Source: Felis catus
Lineage: Eukaryota
DNA: 64,000 nucleotides
Assembly: GCF_018350175.1 (NCBI RefSeq)
Contig: NC_058375.1
Coordinates: 620,001 to 684,000, forward strand
Direction of reading: 5' to 3'
Positions within the stretch are counted from its first letter, which is position 1; each line of letters opens with the position of its first letter. A program made the position numbers and the translations under genes. Positions 1-23,278 of this stretch are shown one piece after another. Under the pieces are notes generated by a model. It searched no databases, was not told the DNA's origin, and saw nothing but the letters and a program-made list of their open reading frames with translations.

Positions 1-700
1 TACGCCATTCCACTGCCTTCTGACCTCCACTGTTTTTCTTTTTTTTTAATTTTTGTTTTAATGTTTATTTTTGAGAGAGACAGAAAGAGAGAGAACGAAC
101 AAGCAAGGGAGAGACAGAGAGACAGAAAAACACAGAATCCAAAGCAGGCTCCAGGCTTCACGCTGTCAGTACTGAGTCCAACAACGCAGGGCTCAAACCC
201 ACAGGCCAAGAGATCATGACCTGAGTTGAAGTCGAACGCTTAACCGACTGAGCCACCCAGGCGCCCCGGCCTCCACTGTTTCTAATGAGAAGTCGGCCAC
301 CAATCACACCTTCTATGTAGATTTTTTTTTCTCTTGCTGCCTTCAAAATCTATTCTTTGGCTTTCACCAGTTTGACTATGATGTGTCTTTCTATTTACCC
401 TGCTTGGGGTACACTGAACTTCTTGGATATGCAGATGACTGTTTTTCATCAGATTTGGGAAGATTTCAGCCATTACTTAAAAAGACATCTTTGTGCCGCA
501 TCACTCTTCTCTCCTGGTATTGCGAGTTGCATGGCGTTGGTGAAACAGGTGCTGTGCCACAGATCCCGGAGGCTCTAGTTCTCTTCCTTTGACTGTCTGT
601 TCCGAAGAAAGCATAATTTCTATTGCTTTGTTTCAAGTTCCTTGCTAATCTGGAACACTTGGTTTCTACTGATGCTTGTCTTCCTTAACAGGAAGTCATA
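1..700 (-). mobile_element. Old L1 ORF1-region fragment interrupted by a Can-SINE (35-268, minus strand, TSD CCTCCACTGTTT)
   Basis: Remnant peptide MAEIFPNLMK..HIQEVQCTPSRVN resembles L1 ORF1p; the SINE is flanked by a direct repeat. Confidence 0.7.
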
Positions 701-2155
701 CTTTCCTATTTCTTTTACATCTCAAGACGTCCTGTTGAGAATTGGACGTTTCAAGTAACATACGGTAGCAACTGAGGATGCTAATTTTTCCTCTCACCTG
801 CTGCTGTTTGTCTGGTAACCTGCTCTGCTAACTCTGTCAACTCTGTGCTCCAAAAAGAGTGCGGCCACTGCTGGTTTTTTCCCTTCGTTGCTTTTTGTTT
901 TCAAGCCTGGCTTCCTGGGGATCAACACTGTGTCCGCACGGCTGTGCCGTCAGCCCATCCTAAACGGTCAGCACTGGGCTCGGCAAACACGGGGGTTTCC
1001 CATGCTAGCAGCGAACCTGGACACACAGTTCTGCTCACCCCGTGATCTTTTACCTTAGGAATCAGCTCCCCCCCATACCTCCTCCTCATGAGAACAAAGG
1101 CTCTCATCACACTTTCTTCGGTGCCCGTGTCATTTGGCCTGCTGGGAACACAGGCACCATCTACCCCTCCTACTTCTCCATTCCGTGTAGCAGGCCGGTA
1201 CCAAGCTTTCTCTGGAAACACCTCAATACACAGAGACGGCCCCAGTAGTCACAACTAGCCCAGATGAACAGATCTGGAGCTACACAGATGTCTTCTGGGA
1301 ATCTGAGCCCACAGAGATGTACTTGGAGACTAATGTGTAAGAGTCTGGTGCCTCAGCTCCAAAGCTATTATAAGGCCTTTGGGATTCCCATTTTGTCTGA
1401 AAGAACCACAGTCTATTTCTGCTGTGACCTAGAGAACCCTAAGCAATATATTTCCTTAGTCTTCCTTGCTTAGACCACCTGGAAGAGAGCTCGGTACAGA
1501 GCAGGCACTCAAAAAATACTTGCCCAGTGACCAATGAATCGTCCTAGAACAGATTTCTCTTGGGCGCTGTGTGGGAATGTCTATACGCGCCCTGGGCTGA
1601 ATCTGAGAGGGCCCTCCTCCCCCATCCCCGGCGTCAGCTGACAGACGGAGGAAGATCGTCTCTCCCTGCGCGACCACCGCCCTTTCCCTCTCCACTGCTA
1701 TGTTTTTGGCCCCAAACTGCACTCCTTGTGTCTGAATTCCTTTGTCAGACTTCCAGCTCCCACCAGCAATGCCCCTTCCAACTGGCTCAAATCACACTCT
1801 TACACTGGGTCTCAAGCAACTGCTGGAATGGCCTGGCTCCCGAGTACCTCCCCCACCAGCCTTCACCTGGAGGAAACCGACACACGATTTCCATTCCCTT
1901 CATGATCTTCTGAGGAAGACTCACACCCATGTCTGTCTTCAAGATGCAGTAAAAACTTAATCTCTTCAGTCAGCACCACCCCATGTTTACCGTGCCAGGA
2001 CTGTGGACTCACAAACCACTTCTGACCCACATCTCTGTCATACTGCCGGGTTCTCGTGTGTGCACCAAAATGGCGGCCTCCATCGCCGCTCTGATGGGGT
2101 GTCGGCTACCAGCAATGCTCAGTTTCAGGCTCCTTCGCAGACTGCACTCACTCAC

Positions 2156-2294
2156 CTCTCCCTCCTGGAATGCTCCCGGGCCATCTCCCTTCTCTTCTGC
2201 CTCTCCCACTCTCTGCGAGCCTTGTCTTGCTCCTCCCGGTGTCGCTTCCGGCGCTCGTGTTCTCTCTCTTTTTCCTTTGCCCTAGCATGCTTCC
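2156..2294 (-). CDS. CDK11B: CDK11 exon 5 (139 nt)
   Basis: TCTTAG acceptor, GTGAGT donor; encodes KHARAKEKERE...HSRRER. Confidence 0.95.
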
Positions 2295-5200
2295 CTAAGA
2301 GGAGAGAGAATGTCACGCAAAGGGGCCCAACACCCAAAACTTAATTTAAAAATATTGAAGGGGCGCCTGGGTGGCTCAGTCAGTTAAGTGTCTGACAAGG
2401 GAATGATCTCACGGTTCATGAATCTGAACCCCACATTGTGGTTCTCTGCTGTCAGCGCAGAGCCTGCTTTAGATCCTCTGCCCCCTCTTTCTGCCCCGCC
2501 CCCGCTTGTGCGTGCTCTCTCTCAAAAAGTAAGTTAAAAGATTAAAAAAATTTTCAGGGGGGCCTGGGTAGCTCAGTTGGTTAAGCGCCTGACTTCGGCT
2601 CAGGTCATGATCTCAACAGTTTGTGAGTTCGAGACCCGTGTCGGGCTGTGTGCTGACGGCTCAGAGCCTGGAGCCTGCTTCAGATTCTGGGTCTACCTCT
2701 CTCTCTGCCCCTCCCCCGCTCACACCCTGTCTCTCTAAAATATAAACATTAAAAAAAAAATCAAAAACTTTTTTTCAAAGAAAATACTCAGTGAAGAAGA
2801 AAACATTTAATTAATGACTTCGGAGAAACAATCATTTTATGTTAAAAAAACAAAAGAAAATCCTATGGAAGTAAGCCTCAAAGTGAGAGAAAAAATAATG
2901 TGGTTATCACTGAACAGAACTGTAACTTTTGGGACGCCTGGGTGGCTCAGTTGGTTAAGCGTTCGACTTCGGCTCAGGTCATGATCTCGTGGTTTGTGAG
3001 TTTGAGCCCCGCATCAGGCTCTGTGCTGACAGCTCAGAGCCTGGAGCCTGTTTCGGATTCTGTGTCTCCCTCTCTCTCTCCCCCTCCCCTGCTCACGCTC
3101 CCTCTCAAAAATGAATAAACGTTTAAAAAAAAAAAAACTAACTTTCACCTTCTTTCTGTATTAAGCTATGATTAGACTATAATTGATCCTTAAAAACACA
3201 ATGTTGAATAATTGACCCCCAGCGCAGTCAGAAATCCATGTATAACTTCTGATTCCCTAAAAATTTTACTAAAAGCTTACTGTTAACATAGCCAATTAAC
3301 ACACACTGTGTGTTTTATGTTGCCTACTATACTCTTGCAACCATGTCAGCTAGAAAAACACCTATTATTCAAAATGTAAGGAAGGAATGCCTGGGTGGCT
3401 CAGTTGGTTAAGCATCCGACTCACGATTTCGGCTCAGGTCACAACCTCCCAGTTTGTGAGACAGAGCCGTGTCAGGCTCCGCACTGACAGCATGCCGCCT
3501 GCTTGAGATACTCTCTCCCTCTCTCTCTGCCCATCTCATGCTTGCAAGTGTGCTCTCTCAAAATAAGTAAACTTAAAAAAACACTGCATATAAATACCCT
3601 ATATTTGTTGAGTTTAGACAATGTTACATTTATGGGGGGCTCAGTCAGTTAAGCATCTGACTTCTGCTCAGGTCACGATCTCACGATTTGTGAGTTCAAG
3701 CCCCACGTCAGGCTTTATGCTGACAGCTCAGGATTTGGATTCTGTGTCTCCCTCTCTCTGCCGCTCCCCCGCTGATGCTCGATCTCTCCTTCAAAAAACA
3801 AACATTAATGGGGTGCTTAGGTGGCTCAGTCGGTTAAGTGTCTGACTTCAGCTCAGGTCATGATGTCACAGTTCGTGAATTTGAGCCCCGCGTCAGGCTC
3901 TGTACTGACAGCTTACAGCCTGGAGCCTGCTTTGGTTTCTGTGTTTCCCTCTCTCTCTGCCCCTCCCCTCCTTGTGCACTCGCTCGCTCTCTCTCTCTCT
4001 CTCTCAAAAATAAATAAACGTTAAAAAAATTAAAAAAACATTAAAAAAAAAGAGAATATTACATTTAAACAAACTAACCCAAAACAATGTAACGAGGGAG
4101 AAAAAAATACCAGGAAGAAAATGAATTAACTATTCAGAATGATCTAGAAAAACGTATGCTTTTGGCTAAGATTTTACTTTCTCTTCTCTTTCAATTGTGC
4201 TCTGGAGGAGACGATAGAGTATGACACAGGAAACAGACCATACTTGAGCATGATACAAAGAAAAAAAACAATAAATGCTTCAGTACCCCCTTCTGCTGAA
4301 TGGCTACGATGCCTACGTTTCTCTTTCCTCTTTTCATCTTTCCTGTGATGAGCCTTTTCTTTCCGAGACATTTGCTGGGGTGGTTTGATAGCCAAAGAAT
4401 CATCTTCCTCTCCTCTGAAATAAGACACAAAGCATCACGTCAGGTAATGGAAGAGCCATGAGGGTGCCGTGGAGCTTCTTCAGCCCGGAAAAACGCAGCG
4501 TTCAGAATACAAAGAAAGTTGAATCTAGAATCATTTTAAATCTTAACTATGAAATTGAAGCCAAAACTGCTCATAAATACAGACACAGATGAAAAGGGTA
4601 AGCGAAAAATCAATGTGTATATGGAAAGAAAATGCCTCTCGGAAGAAACTTCAGGGCATGATGCACACGTTCATCACCATGACCATGGTGATAGTTTCAC
4701 AAGCGTGTACAAACATGTCAGACCGCACACTTTATATATATATAAGCAGTTTATCGTTTATACATCAATAAAGCCGTTAAAAAAAGTATCACAATTTTAA
4801 CAGAACTTGATGACCTCAAAAGGTCACTCGACAACACTTTTCACTGACTATATGACCAAAAAGTTGTGAGAATTCACAACCTGTATGTCCTCGCACCTTA
4901 ATTTCTGGTTAGGCTGGCTTTAATGATTTGATGACGGATAATTTGGTGATGATGACGGATACGAGAAGCAAGCAAGTGAGGGGATACCGTGGTGCAGGAA
5001 GGGATGTTAGCATATACGGGCCTCGCTAGGACCACCGCTGCTCACGGGCCTTGCTCGAGCACACTTCAGCACCCTAGTGTGGTTCATCCGTGCAAGATTT
5101 TAGGCAGTAATTTTACCAGTCGCTAAAAGCACACACACACAATTATTTCAATGCAATTTGTGAATGCGAATTCACTGGGTTGAAGGATAATTGCCAAGAA

Positions 5201-5547
5201 GGGGATATGCACCCATTCAATCTTCTCGCAAGAGGACTCGGGTGCCAACTGGTACCACACCAAGGCCATCTCAACTGTGAGGTAAACCCACAGTCACCGC
5301 TTCAAACGTTTTCAGAGGAGCCCTGCGGAGGCTCAGCCAGGACCACAGCTGTGCTGTGGGACCCCGCGTGTCTCCGCGGGGAAGCGCACGTGCAGCTGGA
5401 TGCCCTTCCTCCTCGTGCACCTTGTCCCCACCTGTCTTCCATGGAGTCCTCTCTTCTGTACGGCGAGTTCCTGATCGTTATCTCCATGCGGTGGTCCCTC
5501 AGCTCCCCCTCCTCAAGGGAATCCCGCTTGGAATCCCGGTCATCAGA
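2156..5547 (-). CDS. CDK11B: Cyclin-dependent kinase 11 (p110), N-terminal RE-rich coding exons 3-5; partial gene continuing beyond the left edge
   Basis: Spliced exons 5432-5547, 4287-4414 and 2156-2294, all with AG/GT boundaries and consistent phases. They translate to SDDRDSKRDSLEEGELRDHRMEITIRNSPYRREDSMEDR-GEEDDSLAIKPPQQMSRKEK...SHSAEG-GKHARAKEKEREHERRKRHREEQDKARREWERQKRREMAREHSRRER, matching CDK11. The ATG exon is inferred to lie in the gap at 6219-6482. Confidence 0.95.
2360..4050 (+). mobile_element. Cluster of about 6 Can-SINEs (SINEC_Fc types) plus a Tigger2/MER28-like fragment (about 3178-3385)
   Basis: GGGGCGCCTGGGTGGCTCAGTCGGTTAAG heads, (CT)n tracts and A tails; Tigger2-like sequence ...CAGTCAGAAATCCATGTATAACTT... 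Confidence 0.8.
4287..4414 (-). CDS. CDK11B: CDK11 exon 4 (128 nt)
   Basis: TTTCAG acceptor, GTACTG donor; encodes GEEDDSLAIKPPQQMSRKEK...HSAEG. Confidence 0.95.
5432..5547 (-). CDS. CDK11B: CDK11 exon 3 (116 nt)
   Basis: CAG acceptor at 5550-5548, GT donor at 5431-5430; encodes SDDRDSKRDS...SMEDR. Confidence 0.95.
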
Positions 5548-6218
5548 CTGAGAAGCAAGGAGAAAGTCACTTCCTCACAGATAAAAGTCTTGTTAATGAT
5601 CTCAAACCTTGCCAATGCCCGAAGTTTCACATACGCTTTGAATGGATCAGTGTTACGAGGTATAAGAACCTTCCACCCAAATCGTATGACGTTAAAATCA
5701 CAACTCTCTAGAACCCAGGGCCTCAGGTGAAAAAACTTGAAATCAGCATATTCGACAAGGAACATTAGACTCTACGCCAAGTATGTTAGTCGTTTACATA
5801 AGCCAAACTGGAGCCTTACGCCGTGTTTTATACGCCAAATACCCTGGGACACCTCCTCCGTGACTCGGAAATAGCTAACAAAGGTCAGCTACTAGTGAGA
5901 GCAGACACGAGTACTTCTGCCGACGCTCTCGCCAAGGTACCAAACGTTTCTCTGATTACGTTACTGTGCCAACCAAAGACCCGCCAAACACGAGTATTAA
6001 TTCCAGGGCGACTTCCTACTGCACTAGACATACTTGGAAATGGTGCCACGCACACAGAAACGGTGACGTGAGAAAAATTAGTCCCACTGCACTAATGGAT
6101 TCAGGTTCAAAGTACTTTATCTCCACGTGGATCCTGCCATCTACACACAGCTTTAGTATGTTATCGATCTGTCTCCAACGTAAACCGAGTATTTGAACGT
6201 TTTTGTTAATTTTTAGAA

Positions 6219-6482
6219 NNNNNNNNNNNNNNNNNNNNNNNNNNNNNNNNNNNNNNNNNNNNNNNNNNNNNNNNNNNNNNNNNNNNNNNNNNNNNNNNNN
6301 NNNNNNNNNNNNNNNNNNNNNNNNNNNNNNNNNNNNNNNNNNNNNNNNNNNNNNNNNNNNNNNNNNNNNNNNNNNNNNNNNNNNNNNNNNNNNNNNNNNN
6401 NNNNNNNNNNNNNNNNNNNNNNNNNNNNNNNNNNNNNNNNNNNNNNNNNNNNNNNNNNNNNNNNNNNNNNNNNNNNNNNNNN
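6219..6482. other. Assembly gap (264 N), probably containing CDK11 exon 2 with the start codon
   Basis: The expected MGDEKDSWKV... exon is not found elsewhere between exon 1 and exon 3. The minus-strand sequence entering the gap is a pyrimidine tract (CTTTCTCTT). Confidence 0.8.
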
Positions 6483-6998
6483 AAGAGAAAGAGCTCGAGC
6501 CAGGGCAGGACACACGGCAAGTGGGCTTCGGGGCGCTGCGGCTCGCGTCTTCGCGGACGGGGCGGGCCGGGCCCCGAAGAGCGACCGCCTGGATTCAAAT
6601 CTCTTTGCCGTCATTCCCGGGCAAGGTCCTCCGCCTCAGTTTACCCTTCGGTCACAGACGAGAACACCCCCCCCCCCCCCCCCGGCAGAGCAACACCGGT
6701 GAGGAGGGAGCTCATCCGTGGAAAGCTCGCGGCTCAGTCCCGGAGACCCCACGCCCGGGGGTCGCGGTCACCGGATACGACGCGGCCGGGCCGCCCGACC
6801 CCTCAGCCCCCCGGGCGCGGCCGCTACGAGTCGGGGTTCGGGCCCGGAGGGGCGGGCTCCCGGCGTCTGCGCCCGACGCCGCCTCAACCCCCGGGTCCGC
6901 GCGGGGCGAGGCGGAACGAGGAGGCGGGAAGCGACGCCCAGGGTCCGCCCGGATCCGAGCGCTCGCCGCCCGGCCCGGCCCCGCCCTCCGCCACTCAC

Positions 6999-7008
6999 CC
7001 CTGCGCCT

Positions 7009-7042
<34 letters not shown>

Positions 7043-7110
7043 TCCCGGAGCCTGAGGAGAAACAGCGCCCGGCGCGCGCCAGCAGCGTCGGCACTTCCTG
7101 CGTCGGCGCG
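6999..7110 (-). other. CDK11B: CDK11 non-coding exon 1 (5'UTR), TSS approximate
   Basis: GGG|GTGAGT donor at 6998-6993 inside the CpG island; ETS motif CAGGAAGTG at about 7092-7100; contains (CGG)11. Confidence 0.75.
7009..7041 (+). repeat. (CCG)11 trinucleotide repeat in the CDK11 5'UTR
   Basis: 11 uninterrupted CCG units. Confidence 0.95.
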
Positions 7111-7789
7111 GGCTGATGACGCAGGTCGGCGGCGCCCGCCGGCGGCTCGGCCGGAGCAGGGAGGGGCCCGGGCGCGCTCACGTCACTTCCGACCCGGGCG
7201 CCGCCGCCGGCCGTCCCTCCGAGCGCGGGGCGCGGAGGCCGCCGGTGGTGCTCCGGTGACGCCGGAGGCTCGACCGGAATTCTGGAAGGGCGTGTGGCGC
7301 GAAGGCGCGCCTCCCCGGGGTCCCTCCCGCCCCGCCCCCTCCCGCGGTTTGGAAGGGCCGTGGGAATGTGGTGAACCCACGAGCCGCAGCCCAGGGAAGA
7401 GAGCGGGAGACCGACATGCGCCCTCGTTAGCCGGGTTTGAAGTGGGAAATGCGGAATGGGACGAACTCGGGCACAGAAAGGGCGAGTGGAATTGAGCTTT
7501 CTTTTCCTCCCCAGGATGGTGTTCACTTTCTGTACCCACGCTTATTTTGCTTCCTGAGCCGTTGGGGACAGGAGAACCATTCTTCTCTCTTCACGAAGGG
7601 GGTTTTCAGCATGAAGGCGACAAGAACCACCCTCCACCCCCCCCCCCCAGCCCCGTGACCATTTCAGTAGCACAAACCCGGGAGGGTTGCAGTGAAGACA
7701 GCAACGGCAGGCACTGTTAACATTCATTGTATTTGGAGAGAACCAGAGTCCTAGGTAGTCGCTACCAAGTGGCTTAATTTAGACAAAAA

Positions 7790-10700
7790 GAGCCAAGAGG
7801 CATCAGTTTATTACCACAGTAGACTTAACAGTGACTCACTAAATTATTTAATAGAACCACTTTCTAGAAAGTACTGATTTCGTCACTCGAATACTGAATC
7901 AGGTGAAATACAAGAACACGATACACATCTCGTACAATGCGCTTTCAGTTGTCCACAGTTTCGTTTGGTATGAAGCAGATCGCACTTGGTTCTGATGCAG
8001 ACAATTACTGATAGGATTTTCAAGTTTTTCAGTGTGGGAAAGTCACCGTGACTGTGGCCCTCCTCATGGGTCCCACAACACCCCCTGGGCAGGTTCAGAC
8101 TCCACTCATACATCTGCAAAGACTAGAAATGGCCAATCAGGTGAATGCAGGTTTTACTCAAATGAAACAGAAACAAAAAAGACAACGAAAAATTCTACCA
8201 GTTAGGACAGTTTCCAGCTCTGTTTGGCAGTCTGGGCACGGATCCAGTGGCCATCAAACTCAGAATCAGAACCCTCAGGAAAACTGGAAGAAACTCTTCA
8301 AGGACAGCAAAATCGAAGGTTTCCCACCTGAGCCGGAGGGTGGTCATCACAACCTCACCTCCGCTCTTGGCTCCCCAGCCAGGACACAGGGAAACAGGCA
8401 GATTGACCAAGGGGGCTGGGACATTTATAGTTGTCAACTAAGGAAATGAAGACGCCTCAGCCAGAGCATGTACGGATTTTGTGAAAGAATAAAGCCCTTA
8501 GTATGACAGTCAAAGGCAAAAGAATTCTATCTGCAGTAGCGTCCTTGATTAATTTTTCCAACCCAGGGAAACTGAAAATGCTCCAGGCCTTAGGAAAACA
8601 CGACACTCAGACAGATGTAAAAAGCCATGATATGCGTCTGCCAAACCTACTGGTCTGCCCAAGTGACCGTTTACAAGCAAAACTCACTGGTTTTGGGAAA
8701 AGAATCTCCAGCATGGGCTACAAGCACAACTTCGTTCGATACTCTTTGTGCAGCATTTTACCGCTTTGGATTCACCATGCCTATTTTTCTCAAATTAAAG
8801 ACACATTTTTGGATTGTGCAAGAATATTCTCAGCTTTCCAGGGCAGATCATTTTAACGATGACATGCAACTGTGACTGTCGGAAAACAACAACAACAACA
8901 ACAACAAAAAACAAACCCAAGGTTTTTATGCCACTCATACTGGAAGTTTCCTTGCAAGTCAGATACATGTATATTTAGAAGTATCGACGTAGGTAAGGTA
9001 TCGACCCGACCCGACCTGACACCTGTTTGAAGTGTTTCTTTACAAAGGCACAGACAATGACCATGGACATAGGAAATGACCCGTGTAAGTGATGACAATG
9101 ACACAAGCATGTTTGCAATGTATTATAAACATACTATAAACACTACTACACAAAGTTAATAAAAAACGTATGTCTGTACATTCATTAAACAAACGGCCAC
9201 GACAGGCCATGTTTTGTCTCCTGGCAGGGTTGTCCCGGACATGCAGGACACGGACGGCTTCAGGGTGGAGACCATACAAAGAAGGAATGTAAGCCCCAGG
9301 CACGGGCAGTGCTGGCCACAGCTTGGGTTCTTAGGAAATGTTTCAAAAGCAGCTTTGTTGGAAATTACCTCATTTACTAGTAATTTGGAGAAATCTTCAT
9401 TTTGTTTCTGGTCCAAGAATTTGGAAAATCAAAATCGGCAGAAAACCACTTGTGACAGGAGGCGGGGCACATGTGGTGTGCAGGGCGCTGGTTCCAGAAG
9501 AGACTCGGACCCGGGTCCCTAACGAGGCTCAGAAGCAGGTGCCGCCTACCTGGACGTCTGTGAGAAGGCCAACGTGACAATCTTGCAACAGGATGACCGT
9601 AGACGTGTCTCCTTCTCTGCTCACATCTTGTCAGCAGCTGGCCACAGCCGGCCACAGCAGCCACATTGTTAAGGGCAGAGGCAGGGCCCTCTGGAAGCTG
9701 TCCTTTCCCACTGGGCCTCACAGACCCAGCACATCCCGCTGCCCAAGCCGCCTCCAGCAAGTAGTCTTCGGTGTTTTTTGTGGAGGAAGGAGAGAGGAAG
9801 GGATAGAAACCTGGGGAAAGTCTCAGGAGAAACGTCTTCACAGTGGAGGTGAGCGTGGCGTGCGGGCGAGCACACCCCTGCCTGTGCTCTGGACATAGGA
9901 AGTCAGCTTCATAAAAAGGTTACAGTTTTAAAGGCCTCAGTTTAACCCATCATCATGGCAAACTTTTTCAAGTAGGCAGAACTTAATGAGGCTTATTATT
10001 GCTCTTTGTTTCCAAGAGATTTGATCTCCAGGAGGGCCTTTTTTAATATATTTTCCAGTTGACCAGTCAACTGGAAAACCAGTGAAAAGATAATGGGAAT
10101 CAAGGACCTGAACGGCAGGGAGGGGGAATCAGATGAGGGAACCACCAGTGCCTGAAGCGCTCCTGTCGGCTGGTTCACTCAGCTGCAGCAGGCAGGCCCC
10201 AGACAGCCGTGTGGCCAACCTCATCCTCTGCGTTGGGCTGCACATGACACACCCCCAAGCTTGAACCTGGTGCCACGGAGAGGTATTAAAGCCTGGCTGG
10301 CAGCGGACGTGCCCCGATCAGAAACCCCACCAGGATGTGGGAGGAGGAATAGGGTGAAGAGGTCAGGAGCCTCAACCCGACACAGGGCTCAGATACCCAG
10401 CGTGGTGGGTCCATCGCTCTGGGAGGAGAGAGCCAGGCCGAGCCAGGCTGTGGGTTCAGTACGGGTTACTTGCCATACAGGGTGCTTTCCAGAAGCCACC
10501 CGTGCCTGGGTTTTCTTCTTTAACACCTTCACAGTCATTTTAAATGCAGTGTGACAAAAGCCATGAACACTCCAAAAGATCTTCCCAGCACTCCACCTGC
10601 TCATTCATTCATGAGAGAAAACCTTAACACCCTTGTGCTTGAGACAAAATATGGCGTGGCTCCCGACCAGGTGAGTGATGGCAGGGGCACCTGCAGGGAA

Positions 10701-11647
10701 CCCTTCAGAACAGCCCCTGTTACACACAAAGGCCCAGAAAACAAAAGGGAAGGTCAGTATGTCCCCATCCTGAGTTAAACACTACAGATGTCTGTCCTCT
10801 ACCTCTGTGACCAGCAATCACCACATCGGGGGTCCCTGACTGAAGCGCCAGCCACGTGACGGTTGGGACTCTCGGGAGGCGGAGGGCCTAGTGCGGTGGA
10901 GACCCTGAAAGGGGCGGGGCACCTTTCCCTAAGTGGTGCTGGATGCTGGCAGCTCTGGGGCAGGGAGGCAAGGGCCCAACATCCTGCCCACAGGAGCAGG
11001 GACCCTCATTTCTGTGCCCGTCTGATCCCTTTCCACCCTACTAGCCCTGTGCACTCAGCTGCTGTGGCCTCCGGCCCAGGCCGTGGGCGCCTTGGCCCTC
11101 TCTCAGCATCACAGTCTCCCCCGATGGCCCAGGAGCAGAGTGTGCCTTCACGGGCCTTCGACGGCGAGCAGGGGGAGCTGAGCTCTCCGTGCTGGCACCG
11201 AGCAGCGGGGAGCAGTGCGCGTTGGCACCCGGATCCAGCCGTCACTTCACAGGGGTCCCCAGTAGCTGTCACACACAGAGAACGAGGGCGTGGCCTAACT
11301 GCAACCAGACCTGCGAGCTGGTGACGGGGGTGCAGAGGCCATCTGGAAGCCCCACCCCCTCGCGAGTGCTCAGCACAGGGTCAGCAGGAGGCAGATTTCA
11401 CATTATCTGGCCGTGGCTCAGCGGCAGCTGGCTCCGGTCTCCACCCCAGGAAGCGGACATCTGGGATCCCCGGTCAAGCTCCCATTGGTTTTCACTGAAA
11501 ACCTGAGACGGGAGCAGCGGAGGGGCCCGTCCCGTGGCCTCCTGCACCCCACTGACCCAAGGAGGCCGGGTGTCTGCGTCGGTGAGGGGAACAGCAGCAG
11601 TGGGCAGCGGCCTGGGGGCCCTGGCCACCTGCCGCAGCTTCCAGAGC
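7790..11647 (-). other. SLC35E2B: SLC35E2 3'UTR (about 3.9 kb, inferred) with candidate poly(A) signals AATAAA (7807-7812) and ATTAAA (7847-7852)
   Basis: SINE-free stretch downstream of the stop codon, ending at clustered minus-strand poly(A) hexamers. Confidence 0.55.

Positions 11648-23278
<11,631 letters not shown>

Larger units (their letters stand above)
6490..7480 (-). promoter_or_regulatory. CpG island / CDK11 promoter with ETS, overlapping ETS-CRE (CGGAAGTGACGTGA, 7178-7191) and GC boxes
   Basis: Very high GC and CpG density; motifs read directly from the sequence. Confidence 0.85.

Noticed and set aside
4921-4965. TGATGA (box C-like) motifs in a duplicated TGATGACGGATA
   Set aside because: They are on the strand opposite the host gene, with no convincing box D or terminal stem; a short local duplication, not a snoRNA.
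6203-7539. 430-aa and 252-aa ORFs over the CDK11 promoter
   Set aside because: They are stop-poor CpG-island sequence with Arg/Pro/Ala/Gly composition, and the 430-aa ORF also runs through the N gap.
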